From contig LFKV01000024.1 in NCBI GenBank assembly GCA_001189345.1, positions 7,534 through 31,533 of the forward strand: a stretch of DNA of 24,000 bases, given 5' to 3'. The notes beneath the pieces are model-generated. The model had not been told where the DNA came from. It made no database searches and was given only the letters and a program-made list of their open reading frames with translations. Of the stretch, positions 1 through 9,700 are shown one piece after another. Position 1 is the stretch's first letter. Every line of letters begins with the position of its first letter. Both the position numbers and the translations under genes were made by a program. This stretch comes from Candidatus Paraburkholderia kirkii. Lineage in GTDB: Bacteria; Pseudomonadota; Gammaproteobacteria; Burkholderiales; Burkholderiaceae.

Positions 1-714
1 GACGTGCACGAGCACGATGCGCCCGCGTGGACAGTCCCTTGGCGCGCGCGAAACGCACGTGCTCCATCGGCAGGACCTCGTGCACGCCGGCGCTCGTCAG
101 GCGCAACACGAGCGACACCTTGAAGAGCGACAGATTCAGCGCGGGCAGGATCAGGTGGCGCAGGCCGTCGAGCGTGAGCCACGACCACTGGATGCCGAAC
201 AGGCTCGCGGTCGCGCCGCGGCCGCTCGCCGGCAGCCAGCCGAGCTGAACGCTGAACAGCATGATGAGCATCAGGCCGACCCAGAACGTCGGCAGCGAGA
301 AGCCGACGATGCTGCCCGTCATTAGCAGTTTCGACAGCGGATTGTCCGGACGCAGGCCCGCGAACAGCCCGAGCGGGATGCCGATCACGGGCGCGAGCAG
401 GAGCGCCGCAACGGCGAGCTCGAACGTCGCCGGCAGGCGCTGCAGGATCAGGCCGATGGCGGGTTCGTTATAGACGAAGCTGTTGCCGAGATTGCCGTGC
501 GCCGCGCCGGCCAGGAACGCGAGGTACTGCTCCAGAGCGGCTGGTCCAGGCCCAGTTGCGCGATGATGCGCGCCCGGTCGACCTGATCGACGTCCTGCCC
601 GATCAGGATGTCGATGGGATTGCCGATCGCGTGCAGGCCGATGAACACGATCAGCGTCATCAGCAGCACGACGAACGCCGCCTGCGCGATGCGGCGAACG
701 AGCCAGCCGCTCAC
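1..714 (-). pseudogene. ABC transporter permease (DppB/OppB-type inner-membrane component); 3' end runs off the window; frame-disrupted
   Basis: The GTG at 714..712 overlaps the upstream stop (GTGA). The N-terminus VSGWLVRRIAQAAFVVLLMTLIVFIGLHAIGNPIDILIG...LGLDQPLW lies in track ORF 448..1062(-). My translation of the shifted frame below ~533 continues EQYLAFLAGAAHGNLGNSFVYNEPAIGLILQRLPATFELAVAALLLAPVIGIPLGLFAGLRPDNPLSKLLMTGSIVGFSLPTFWVGLMLIMLFSVQLGWLPASGRG...HVRFARAKGLS, which is typical of the family. There is a 1-bp deletion at ~533 (ctctggagcag) and a probable second shift near 25. Confidence 0.8.
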
Positions 715-2195
715 TTGTCCTCCGCATACAGGGCCGGCGCTTCGGCGGGCTGCCATTCGTCGCCGTAGAGCTCGGGCTCCGCGTAGGCTTCCAGGGCGGC
801 GTAATGCTGCTCCACGTCTTCCCGGTACAGCGGGGTGGGAGCCCCGGGCGAGCCGCTTCGCGCCGGTGCTGATGGCCGGAATGTCGCCCGAGACGGCGCC
901 GTGCGAGAGCGTCGTCGGGTAGCAGAAGCAGTGGATGTTCGAGAGGCCAGGGCAGGCGCCCGGAACTTGCTCGAGGAATTCGAAGGCGGCTCCGAGATCG
1001 GGCGAATCGGACAGCTCGCGTCCTGATCGTCCGCGCTGCGCGGCGTGTAGCGGCTCGCCCACGTGCGCACGTGCGGCGCGAACGCGGCGAACTCGGGGCG
1101 CGCGGCCCAGTCGACCTTGAAGCCGGTCGACACCACGAGGAAGTCAGCCGCGAAGGTGCCCCTTGGGCGTGTGGATGGCGAGGCCGTTCGGCGTGCTGTC
1201 GACCGACGACACCGGGTATCCGAGGTTGAACCGCGCGTTGGCATGACGCGACACGCGCAGCGTGCTGCCGCGCGGCGGCGAAACCTGCACGGCGTTGATG
1301 TAATGGCGAATCTTCCATTTCCACTCGTCGGGCAGCGCGTGGTGGCCGTGCGTCAGGCCGGGATTGCCGGCGCCCTTGCCCTTGTTTACCCGCGGAAGGT
1401 CCGCGCGCCTGATCAGCAAATCGACGCTCGCGGCCCTGGCTTCAAGCGCCGTGGCGGCGCTGTCCATGGCCGACGCGCCGCCGCCGATCACCGCCACGCG
1501 CTTGCCGGCGAGCGTGCGGTAGTCGTATGCGTCGGACGAATGCGCCCAGCGCTCACGCGGCAAGCCCTCGATGAAACCAGGCAGCGCGGGGCCGCCCAGT
1601 CCGTCGCGGCCGGTCGCCAGCACCACCCGGCGCGCGTAGACCGCGCGTAGACCTCGAAACGCCGCTGATGCGCGCGCACGCTCAGCGCGACGAGACCGTC
1701 GGCGCGCGGCGTGATCGCTTCGATGGCGTGCTCGTTGTGCATATCGAGCGCGAGCACGCGGCGATACCAGATCAGATATTCCATCCATTGCAGGCGCTCG
1801 ATCTTGTCGAGCGCCTGCAATGCCTGCGCGCCGAACCGGCCTCGAACCACGCGCGGAACGTCAGCGCGGGCAATCCCAGCGCCGGTCCGGTCAGTTGCTT
1901 GGGCGAGCGCAGCGTTTCCATGCGCGCGGTCGTGGCCCAGGGACCTTCCAGTCCCTGCGGCGAGCGGTCGAAGATGCGCGCCCGTACCCCAAGCAGCTTG
2001 AGGGCCGCGGCGACCGCCAGTCCGGCCATGCCGCCGCCGATCACCGCGACGTCCAGCACTTCGCCGCCGTCGTGGGTCTTGCCGATCACCCATTCCCGCG
2101 CGGGCAGGTCGAGGAGAGAGGTCGTCGGCGAGCCGCGCTTCGAGCGCCGCGAGGCCGCTGGGTGGATTCGATGAGGCGGTGGTGTCGGGGCTCAC
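711..2195 (-). pseudogene. FAD/NAD(P)-binding oxidoreductase (two dinucleotide-binding motifs; flavin monooxygenase-like), heavily frame-disrupted
   Basis: The homologous sequence is split over the track ORFs 1488..2339, 1772..2089, 1144..1788, 711..1244 and 448..1062 (all minus). The pieces read VSPDTTASSNPPSGLAALEARLADDLS / LDLPAREWVIGKTHDGGEVLDVAVIGGGMAGLAV... / RFGAQALQALDKIERLQWMEYLIWYRRV... / VYARRVVLATGRDG...KRVAVIGGGASAMD... / FAADFLVVSTGFKVDWAARPEF... / ELSDSPDLGAAFEFLEQVPGACPGLSNIHCFCYPTT... / PLYREDVEQHYAALEAYAEPELYGDEWQP. At least 6 frame switches occur, near 2117, 1846, 1632-1653, 1161, 1027 and 840. The stop TGA at 713..711 overlaps the permease GTG. Confidence 0.75.
1632..1653. 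repeat. Perfect 11-bp tandem duplication (gcgcgtagacc x2) that frameshifts the oxidoreductase
   Basis: Read directly: 1632-1642 equals 1643-1653. Removing one copy restores RFEVYARRVVLATGRDGLGG on the minus strand. Confidence 0.9.
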
Positions 2196-3178
2196 GTGGT
2201 GTGCTCTCGATCGGATTGAGAACGTCGTGGGGCACGTCGTAGAGCGCCTGAAAGATCGCGCCGTGCTGGCTCGCGTCGTGCAGGACAAAGTCGGGCAGGA
2301 TCTCGGCGGCGGTCTGCGCGAGCGCTTGCGCCGCGGCAACGGTCACCGCGCCCGGCGGACGGAATTCCGGCGTGATGACGCCGAACAGGAAAACGATGCG
2401 GATATCGAGTGGACGGATCACCACGCCTTCGACCGGCAAGCCGAGCGCCGTCACCGGTTCCAGCACGGCGAGTCCGAGACCCGCGCGCACCGCGCCGAGC
2501 GCGTTCAGCGACGAATTGGTTTCGATCACGCCGGCCGTGCGCACGCCCGCCCGCGCGAACGCCGAATCGAGGCGCGGCCGCAGACGGTAGGGGTTTTGCA
2601 TCGTGACGAGGCGCCGGCTGGCGGAGTCGCTCAGCGCGATCCGAGGCGCTTGCGCGAGCGGGTCGTCGGCGCGCACGGCGGCGACGCACGCGGTTTCGCC
2701 GATCCAGTGCACGAGCACGCCGCGATGCTCGAGTGGCAGGCTCGATATGCCGATATCGACGATGCCGTTCAGCACGGCATCGACTACCTGTTCCGGCGCT
2801 GCGCTGCGCAAATGGACGGATTCGAGCGGATGGCTGCGATCGAGCAAAGCCAGGGCGCGGGGTACCAGTCCGGCAGCGAGCGCAGAGGTCGCGGCGAGCG
2901 TGACGGGCGGGGGCGACTGCCGTGCGATCTGTTCGGCGCGCGCCTTGACCTGACGCAGGTGAGCCAGCGTGTGCTCGACGTCCTGGTAGAGCTGCGATGC
3001 CTCGCGCGTCGGCGCGACGCGCGGCCTGAAGCGCTGAAACAGCGGATAGCCGATTTCGGCTTCCAGTTCCTGAATCGAACGGGTGACGGCCGGTTGCGAT
3101 CGCCCGAGCAGGCGCCCGGCAGCGGTGACGCTCGGCGGACATCACAGCGGCAAACGCCTCCAGTTGGCGAATTTCCAT
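2086..3178 (-). pseudogene. LysR-family transcriptional regulator with a frameshift inside the HTH region; 3' end uncertain
   Basis: ATG at 3178. MEIRQLEAFAAVMSA reads in one frame, then a shift at ~3133 (a lone leftover g) leads into SVTAAGRLLGRSQPAVTRSIQELEAEIGYPLFQRF...LLDRSHPLESVHLRSAAPEQVVDAVLNGIVDIGISS... (track ORF 2086..2847). The present frame stops at 2086. The TGA at 2194..2192 overlaps the next gene's GTG (GTGA). It gives a span divisible by three and may be the ancestral stop, which would require a second late shift. Confidence 0.75.
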
Positions 3179-3216
3179 GGATACGCGAGCCTGATTGATC
3201 GAATCGATGAATTCGG

Positions 3217-3249
3217 AAAATGCATTCTTACGCAGGAAGCATGCATTTT
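3217..3249. promoter_or_regulatory. 9-bp perfect inverted repeat (aaaatgcat-N15-atgcatttt) in the LysR promoter region; candidate autoregulatory operator
   Basis: Read directly: 3217-3225 is the reverse complement of 3241-3249. It lies 40-70 bp upstream of the LysR ATG in an AT-richer stretch. The function is inferred only. Confidence 0.3.
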
Positions 3250-3410
3250 GCAAATTATCAAAAATTCTTTATACAGGGCGGAACGCGAAAAGGGCGTGGC
3301 CGCCCGGGCGAGCGGTGCGCGGCGCTTTTGGCAGGCATGGAGGGAGGAGTGATTTCGAACCGGGGCGGGGCGAACGGGGGAAGCCCGCTATCGCCTGAAA
3401 TCGGATGGTG

Positions 3411-3443
3411 GGCAATCGGCCGCGATGGTCCGGGCCGATTGCC
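3411..3443 (-). other. Stem-loop (11-bp perfect stem, 11-nt loop) downstream of the dehydrogenase remnant; possible weak terminator or REP-like hairpin
   Basis: ggcaatcggcc (3411-3421) pairs with ggccgattgcc (3433-3443). No clear U-run follows on the minus strand. Confidence 0.3.
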
Positions 3444-3478
3444 GTCGTGCGCGAGTAGGGAAAACGTGGCCTGGCGGG

Positions 3479-4263
3479 CTACGAGAAATCGATCAGCACC
3501 TTCATCGCCTTTGACCGGTCACCTGCCTTCTCGAATGCCTGCAGGCAATCGCGATAGGGGAACACCTTGGAAATCAGCGGCTTCACGTCGACGAGTTCCT
3601 TGTTCAGCAGCTCGACCGCCACGGCGAACTCCTCATGGAACCGGAATGCGCCGCGCAGATCGAGTTCCTTCACGACGATCGCGTTCATCGGCAACGGCGC
3701 GTCGCCGCCGAGTCCGACCTGGACGATCACGCCGCGCGGCCGGATCACGTCGAGCGTCGCGCGCAGCGCTGCCGCGTTGCCGCTTGCCTCGAACAGCACG
3801 TCGAAGCTGCCTTCGTTCTTCGCGAACGGTCTTTGTTCTTCGCGAACGGTTGCAGCGCATTGGGCGATTCCATCACGTTGAATGTCTCGTCGGCGCCGAC
3901 AAGGCGGGCGCTTTCGAGCGGAAGGGCGCTCACATCCGTCGCGACGATGTGCGCAGCGCCCGCGCGCCGCGCGGCGACGATCAGCGCGCCGATCGGACCG
4001 CAACCGGTCACGAGCACGCGCTTGCCGAACAGGGGGCCTGCGCGCCGCACCGCGTGCAACGCGACGGACAATGGCTCGGCCATCGCCGCTTCAGCGTCGC
4101 TGAGCGTATCGGCGACCGCGTGGGCCTGCGATTTGTCGATGACCACTTCCTGGCGGAACGCGCCTTGCGCGTGAGGCGTGCGCATTGCGCTGCCGTAGTA
4201 GCGCATGTCGAGATATCGTTCGTTGATTTCCGGCGTGGATTCGATCGGATGAGGGGCTAAGTG
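3479..4263 (-). pseudogene. Zn-dependent MDR dehydrogenase (L-idonate 5-dehydrogenase/sorbitol dehydrogenase-like) remnant, 5'-truncated and frameshifted
   Basis: Track ORFs 3745..4206(-) and 3479..4003(-) together read MRYYGSAMRTPHAQGAFRQEVVIDKSQAHAV...AEPLSVALHAVRRAGPLFGKRVLVTGCGPIGALIVAARRAGAAHIVATDVS...NALQPFAKN / EGSFDVLFEASGNAAALRATLDVIRPRGVIVQVGLGG...KVLIDFS. In E. coli IdnD the homologous MRFFGSAM motif sits around residue 100+, by my recollection. Here only about 20 codons precede it before the pntB stop at 4264, so the catalytic and structural Zn-binding N-terminal part is absent. Confidence 0.75.
3811..3850. repeat. 20-bp tandem duplication (19/20 identical) that frameshifts the dehydrogenase remnant
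   Basis: cttcgttcttcgcgaacggt (3811-3830) is followed by ctttgttcttcgcgaacggt (3831-3850). Deleting one copy restores NALQPFAKNEGSFDVLFEASGN. Confidence 0.9.
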
Positions 4264-5622
4264 TTACTCCACCGCCTTCATCATCTCCTCCACTATCTTC
4301 TTGGCATCGCCGAACACCATCATCGTCTTGTCCATATAGAACAGTTCGTTGTCGAGCCCGGCGTAGCCGGCGGCCATCGAGCGCTTGTTCACGATGATCG
4401 TGCGCGCCTTGTAGGCTTCGAGAATCGGCATGCCCGCGATCGGCGATTTCGGATCGGTCTTCGCCGCGGGGTTCACCACGTCGTTCGCGCCGAGCACCAG
4501 CACCACGTCGGTCTGCCCGAACTCGCTGTTGATGTCCTCCATCTCGTGCACGAGCTCGTATGGCACCTCGGCTTCGGCCAGCAGCACATTCATGTGCCCC
4601 GGCATGCGCCCCGCGACCGGGTGAATCGCGTAGCGTACGTCGATGCCTTTCTCGACGAGCTTGTCGGTCAGCTCCTTCAACGCGTGCTGCGCCCGCGCCA
4701 CGGCCAGACCATAGCCCGGCACGATCACCGCGCTCTCCGCATTGCCGAGCATGAACGCGGCGTCGTCGGCGGAGCCGGATTTCACCGGCTGCTGCTGTTC
4801 CTGTGCACCGCCCGCGGCTGCGCCGCCGGCCTCGCCCCCGAACCCGCCGAGAATTACGTTGAAGAACAAGCGGTTCATCGCCCGGCACATGATGTACGAG
4901 AGAATCGCGCCCGACGAACCGACCAGCGAGCCGGCGATGATCAGCATCGGATTGTTGAGTGAGAACCCGATGCTCGCCGCCGCCCAGCCGGAGTACGAGT
5001 TGAGCATCGAGACGACCACCGGCATGTCCGCGCCGCCGATCGGGATGATGATCAGCACGCCCAGCGCGAACGCGATGATCGTCATGACGATGAACGGCAG
5101 CCACGACTCGGTGAGCATGAAGATCACGCCGAAGCCGATCATCGCGATCGCCAGCAGCAGGTTGATCAGATGCTGTCCGGCGTAGACGACCGGGGCGCCC
5201 TTGAACAACCGGAACTTGTACTTGCCCGAGAGCTTGCCGAAGGCGATGACCGAGCCGGAGAACGTGATCGCGCTGACGAACGTGCTGATGAACAGCTCGA
5301 CGCGATTGCCGTACGGAATCGGCTCGCTGGGCAGCGCGAGCCCGAAGGCGGACGGCTCGGCCACCACGCCGTACGCGATGCACACCGCCGCCAGACCGAT
5401 CAGCGAGTGCATCGCCGCGACGAGCTCGGGCATCTTCGTCATCTCGACTTTCGCGGCGATGTACGCGCCCGCGCCGTCGCCGACGATCGCCGAGATCGCG
5501 TTGGTCACGGCCATGAGCGGCGTGTGCAGCGCCGGCGTAACGTTCCACACCACGTGATAGCCGACGTAGATGGCCATCACGAAGATGATGAGGTTGATCA
5601 CCGTGTGATTGATGACGTCCAT
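4264..5622 (-). CDS. pntB: NAD(P) transhydrogenase beta subunit (PntB) ORF whose first ~47 codons are PntAB (alpha-2 subunit)-like; apparent in-frame deletion chimera
   Basis: Track ORF of 452 aa. From about residue 50 it carries PntB hallmarks: [57 protein letters not shown], and the dIII domain [13 protein letters not shown]...[18 protein letters not shown]...[10 protein letters not shown]...[16 protein letters not shown]. Residues 1-47 ([47 protein letters not shown]) resemble the start of the small PntAB subunit. A GGAG motif lies ~7 nt upstream of the ATG at 5622. Confidence 0.85.
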   Translation of the reverse strand: MDVINHTVINLIIFVMAIYVGYHVVWNVTPALHTPLMAVTNAISAIVGDGAGAYIAAKVEMTKMPELVAAMHSLIGLAAVCIAYGVVAEPSAFGLALPSEPIPYGNRVELFISTFVSAITFSGSVIAFGKLSGKYKFRLFKGAPVVYAGQHLINLLLAIAMIGFGVIFMLTESWLPFIVMTIIAFALGVLIIIPIGGADMPVVVSMLNSYSGWAAASIGFSLNNPMLIIAGSLVGSSGAILSYIMCRAMNRLFFNVILGGFGGEAGGAAAGGAQEQQQPVKSGSADDAAFMLGNAESAVIVPGYGLAVARAQHALKELTDKLVEKGIDVRYAIHPVAGRMPGHMNVLLAEAEVPYELVHEMEDINSEFGQTDVVLVLGANDVVNPAAKTDPKSPIAGMPILEAYKARTIIVNKRSMAAGYAGLDNELFYMDKTMMVFGDAKKIVEEMMKAVE

Positions 5623-5635
5623 GTTCGTCTCCGTC

Positions 5636-6746
5636 TTAAGCCGTGGCGCGCGTGACTTGACCGTCGCGGCACTGGAGCGTGGCCGCGACGATGTCGTCCG
5701 CGAGGTCGATGTTGAGCGCGCCTTCCTTGGTCAGAATGAGCTTGAGGAAGTCCAGGAGGTTGCGGGCGTACAAGGTGGAGGCGTCGGCGGCGACCATCGA
5801 GGCCAGATTCGTATGGCCGACGATATGCACGCCGTGCTTGGTCACCACCTGATCGATTTCGGTGAGCGGGCAGTTGCCGCCTTTCCTGCCCTCGAACTCG
5901 GGGCCGCGTCCGGCGGCGAGATCGACGATCACGGAGCCGGGCTTCATGTGCTTGACCGTTTCGACGGAAATGAGCGTCGGGGCGGGGCGGCCGGGAATCA
6001 GCGCGGTCGAGATGACGATGTCGGCCGCCTTCGCACGCTCGTGCACCTGTGCCGATTGCCGCGCGAGCCAGCTCGGCGGCCTCGCGTTCCTCGTCGGTTT
6101 CGAAGGGCACGTCGACGAACTTCGCGCCGAGCGATTCGATCTGTTCCTTCACGGCGGGGCGCACGTCGGACGCCTCGACCACGGCGCCGAGCCGCTTGGC
6201 AGTGGCGATCGCCTGCAGGCCCGCGACGCCCGCGCCGAGCACGAGCACGCGCGCGGCCTTGACGGTGCCGGCGGCGGTCATGAGCATCGGCATGAAGCGC
6301 TGGTAGTACTGGCAGGCCATCAGCACGGCCTTGTAGCCGGCGATGTTCGCCTGGGACGAGAGTACGTCCAGGCTCTGTGCGCGGGTGGTACGCGGGGTGG
6401 CCTCGAGCGCGAAGGCGGTGAGGCCGGCGGTGGCGAGGTGCGCGGTGTTCTCGGCGTTGAAGGGATCGAGCATGCCGACGAGCACGGCACCCGGCTTGAG
6501 CATCGCCAGTTCGGTTTCGGTGGGCGACTGGACCTTGAGGACGATCTCGGCGGAAAAGGCGGTGGCGGCGTCAGCGAGGTCGGCGCCCGTCTGGGCGAAG
6601 GCATCGTCGACATAGCTTGCCGGCAGACCCGCGCCACTCTGCACCGAGACCCGGTGCCCTTGCGTGACGAGCTTCTTGACGGTCTCGGGCGTGGCGGAGA
6701 CATGCGCCTCGTTCACCCGCGTTTCAGCAGGCACTCCGATGTGCAT
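5636..6746 (-). pseudogene. pntA: NAD(P) transhydrogenase alpha-1 subunit (PntAA, dI domain) with an out-of-frame internal deletion
   Basis: Track ORF 5598..6746(-) reads MHIGVPAETRVNEAHVSATPETVKKLV...VLVLGAGVAGLQAIATAKRLGAVVEASDVRPAVKEQIESLGAKFVDVPFETDEEREAAE and then degenerates. The frame of ORF 5636..6046(-) continues (W)LARQSAQVHERAKAADIVISTALIPGRPAPTLISVETVKHMKPGSVIVDLAA...GHTNLASMVAADASTLYARNLLDFL. The junction is at ~6071, and the GGYA-type segment found between these blocks in homologs is missing. Confidence 0.85.
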
Positions 6747-6970
6747 CTTCGAATCCTCCTGTCTTTTTTGCCTTCCGCGCCCGGAACAGGACTTAGGAAG
6801 GCTTAAGGCTGAGTTTTATTTCAAATGCTGGAATCGACGGCTATCGCCACTGTAACCGAAGAATGCGCGCGTAAAAATCCGATCCGGCACTTGTTCCATT
6901 TTCGGATCATCAGCGCTTACCCTTGCGAGCGGCGGGCGGGAATGGCCTGGCGACGGTAAAATATCCAACC

Positions 6971-7453
6971 ATGAAATCAGACACTTGGGCCCCCCACGTT
7001 ACGGTGGCGGCGATCGTCGAGCAGGAAGGACGCTTTCTCGTGATCGAGGAGCATACGTCGGCAGGGCTGAGAATCAACCAACCGGCCGGTCATCTGGAAG
7101 CGGGCGAAACGCTCGTCGAGGCGGTGATCCGCGAGACGTTCGAGGAAACGGCGCATCGCTTCGAACCCGAGGCGCTCGTCGGCGCCTACATGACGCATTT
7201 CGCGCGGCCCGAGCGCGATGTCACGTATCTGCAGTTCACGTTCTGCGGCAGGTCAGCGGGCGTCGAGGCCGGGCGCGCGCTCGACGAAGGTATCGTGCGC
7301 GCGATGTGGCTTACCGCCGACGAGCTGCGCGCGCCGGCCGGCCGGCACCGGACGCCGCTCGTGATGAAGTGTGTCGACGATTACCTGTCCGGGCGGCGCG
7401 TGCCGCTCGATTTCATTCATACGCATTCGGTCGCGCCGGTGGTGCGGGCTTAA
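6971..7453 (+). CDS. NUDIX hydrolase
   Basis: Nudix box [22 protein letters not shown] within track ORF 6923..7453. I prefer the ATG at 6971 ([27 protein letters not shown]) to the TTG at 6923. Confidence 0.85.
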   Translation: MKSDTWAPHVTVAAIVEQEGRFLVIEEHTSAGLRINQPAGHLEAGETLVEAVIRETFEETAHRFEPEALVGAYMTHFARPERDVTYLQFTFCGRSAGVEAGRALDEGIVRAMWLTADELRAPAGRHRTPLVMKCVDDYLSGRRVPLDFIHTHSVAPVVRA

Positions 7454-7553
7454 GGCCCTTCGCATCAGCGCCCGCTTCAAAACCGCTCGACAGTCTCGAG
7501 CGGTGAATTTCCCGCACCTCATCGGCGCTGTGCGGGATTCACGCGGTGTCCCT

Positions 7554-8684
7554 ATGAGCAAGCGAAGAGTAGTGGTGGGCATGTCGGGCGGCGTCGATTC
7601 GTCGGTCGCGGCATGGCTTCTGAAGGAGCAGGGCTACGACGTCGTCGGCCTCTTCATGAAGAACTGGGAAGACGAAGATGACGGCGAGTACTGCTCGACC
7701 CGGCAGGACTGGATCGACGTGGTGTCGGTCGCGGATCTGATCGGCATCGATGTCGAGGCGGTCAACTTCGCCGCCGAGTACAAGGACCGCGTGTTCGCGG
7801 AGTTCCTGCGCGAATACTCGGCGGGCCGCACGCCCAATCCCGACGTGCTGTGCAACGCCGAAATCAAGTTCAAGGCGTTCCTCGATCATGCGATGTCGCT
7901 CGGGGCGAAAACCATCGCGACGGGCCACTACGCGCGTGTGCGCGAGCAGGACGGACTCTTCCAGCTGCTCAAGGCGACCGACTCGACCAAGGATCAGTCG
8001 TACTTCCTGCATCGGCTGAACCAGGCGCAACTGTCGAAGACGCTGTTTCCGCTCGGCGAGATCCCGAAGACGAAGGTACGTGAAATCGCGGCGCAGATCG
8101 GCCTGCCGAACGCGAAGAAGAAGGATTCGACCGGCATCTGCTTCATCGGCGAACGGCCGTTCCGTGAATTCCTGAACCGCTATCTGCCGACCCGGCCCGG
8201 CCCGATGAAGACGGCCGAAGGCAGGATCGTCGGCGAGCATATCGGGCTTGCGTTCTACACGTTCGGGCAGAGGAAGGGCATCGGCATCGGCGGCGCGAAG
8301 GATGGCAGCGGCGAGCCCTGGTTCGTTGCGGGCAAGGACATGGCGAGCAACACGCTGTATGTCGTGCAGGGGCACGATCATCTGTGGCTGCTGTCGCCGG
8401 CGCTCGTCGCGGGCAATACGAGCTGGGTCGCGGGCTTCGCGCCGGAAGCGGGCGCGGTGTGCGGCGCCAAGACGCGCTATCGGCAGCAGGACGCGGCGTG
8501 CCGCTTCGCCGACGCGGGAGACGGGCGCTTCGCGCTCCATTTCGACGAAGCCCAATGGGCCGTGACGCCGGGGCAATCCGCCGTGCTGTATCAGGGCGAC
8601 GTTTGTCTGGGCGGCGGCATCATCGAGCAGGCCGCGGTGAGGCAGGATGCGCCCCAGTCCGCATCGCTTTCCGCCGTGCGCTGA
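7554..8684 (+). CDS. mnmA: tRNA 2-thiouridine(34) synthase MnmA
   Basis: [48 protein letters not shown]...[19 protein letters not shown]...TGHYARV...DQSYFL. PP-loop SGGVDS motif present; intact single frame. The ATG at 7554 lies inside track ORF 7371..8684. Confidence 0.95.
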   Translation: MSKRRVVVGMSGGVDSSVAAWLLKEQGYDVVGLFMKNWEDEDDGEYCSTRQDWIDVVSVADLIGIDVEAVNFAAEYKDRVFAEFLREYSAGRTPNPDVLCNAEIKFKAFLDHAMSLGAKTIATGHYARVREQDGLFQLLKATDSTKDQSYFLHRLNQAQLSKTLFPLGEIPKTKVREIAAQIGLPNAKKKDSTGICFIGERPFREFLNRYLPTRPGPMKTAEGRIVGEHIGLAFYTFGQRKGIGIGGAKDGSGEPWFVAGKDMASNTLYVVQGHDHLWLLSPALVAGNTSWVAGFAPEAGAVCGAKTRYRQQDAACRFADAGDGRFALHFDEAQWAVTPGQSAVLYQGDVCLGGGIIEQAAVRQDAPQSASLSAVR

Positions 8685-8691
8685 TTCCGGT

Positions 8692-8721
8692 AAAAAGCCC
8701 TGACTCGCGCCAGGGCTTTTT
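8692..8721 (+). terminator. Rho-independent terminator after mnmA
   Basis: aaaaagccctg (8692-8702), 8-nt loop, cagggcttttt (8711-8721). GC stem followed by a T-run. Confidence 0.8.
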
Positions 8722-8774
8722 ACTCGGCATATCCATACCTATCGGCCCGATAAAAACTTTTTTGATACAAGTGC

Positions 8775-8803
8775 TTGACTGTCTATCTATCGATAGTTAT
8801 TAT
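8775..8803 (+). promoter_or_regulatory. Sigma70-like promoter (TTGACT-17 bp-TATTAT) of the TetR gene, with the 10-bp palindrome ctatcgatag in the spacer (candidate operator)
   Basis: TTGACT at 8775-8780 and TATTAT at 8798-8803. The perfect palindrome at 8787-8796 overlaps a TATCTATC motif at 8784-8791. Confidence 0.5.
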
Positions 8804-8833
8804 GCATAACGAACGCAGGGACAAATTCGGAAA

Positions 8834-9391
8834 ATGGACAAGAACACCGTACGCGAAGCACTTATGGACCACGCCCAGACGCTCCTGATGACGCGCGGCT
8901 ACAACGGATTCAGCTATCGCGACCTGTCAGAATTGGTCGGAGTGAAGACCTCCAGCATTCACTACTACTTTCCGACCAAGGAAGATCTCGCGCTGGAAGC
9001 CGTGAACGCCTACAGCGCGGACGTCATGTCCTCGATCTACGCAATCGACAGTTCCGTGCCGGCCGACAAGAAGCTCGATCGCTATACGAAGCTCTTCGGG
9101 CGGATCATCGCCGGGGAAAATCAGATTTGCCTGTGCGGTATGCTAGCGGCGGACATCGAATCCTTGCCGGAAAAGGTGCGGTACGCGGTGCAGGCGTTCT
9201 TCAAGGCGAACGAGAGCTGGCTGGCGAGGGTACTCGCCGAAGGTGAAGCGCAGGACACGCTCGATGCCGGTGGAAAACCCGATGCGGCAGCCCGCGCGTT
9301 ATACGCCGCGTTTCAGGGCAGCTTGCTGGCGTGCCGTCTTTTTCAGACGCGTGCGCGCCTGGAAGAAGTGGCGGATAGCGTCCGCCGGTAG
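8834..9391 (+). CDS. TetR/AcrR-family transcriptional regulator
   Basis: N-terminal HTH TLLMTRGYNGFSYRDLSELVGVKTSSIHYYFPTKEDLALE. 185 aa, intact. Confidence 0.9.
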   Translation: MDKNTVREALMDHAQTLLMTRGYNGFSYRDLSELVGVKTSSIHYYFPTKEDLALEAVNAYSADVMSSIYAIDSSVPADKKLDRYTKLFGRIIAGENQICLCGMLAADIESLPEKVRYAVQAFFKANESWLARVLAEGEAQDTLDAGGKPDAAARALYAAFQGSLLACRLFQTRARLEEVADSVRR

Positions 9392-9700
9392 ACAACCCTG
9401 TGGATAACCATGTGAAAAACACCTGAATGACCATTGGGTTATATATCTTTACATAGATACATATTGGCCGATAAATGCAGTTTTTCGATCGGCTTGCTGA
9501 TTTTGTCGGTTCTACGGCGACAAGTACGCCGTCACTGACAGGAATCGGGCCGGTCCGCGGTTTTTTATTGTTTTATCGTATTCAGTTATCTATCTAATAG
9601 TAGTTTCAATTTGAAACCTGTTTTCTTTCGTTCCACCGCCGTTCCGGTGTGCCGCCCGGCGCATCGGCTTGATCGTAATCCAATGACTCTGGAGTGAATC

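Noticed and set aside
7371-7553. Extended N-termini suggested by the track: mnmA from 7371, NUDIX from TTG 6923, queA from 23636
   Set aside because: The extensions are Arg/Cys-rich and non-conserved-looking. The family-typical N-termini begin at internal ATGs: [16 protein letters not shown] at 7554, [10 protein letters not shown] at 6971 and [12 protein letters not shown] at 23594.
9545-9570. GC-rich segment followed by TTTTTT (9561-9566) as the TetR gene terminator
   Set aside because: I could not fold a convincing stem from gggccggtccgcgg. The T-run alone is not enough.
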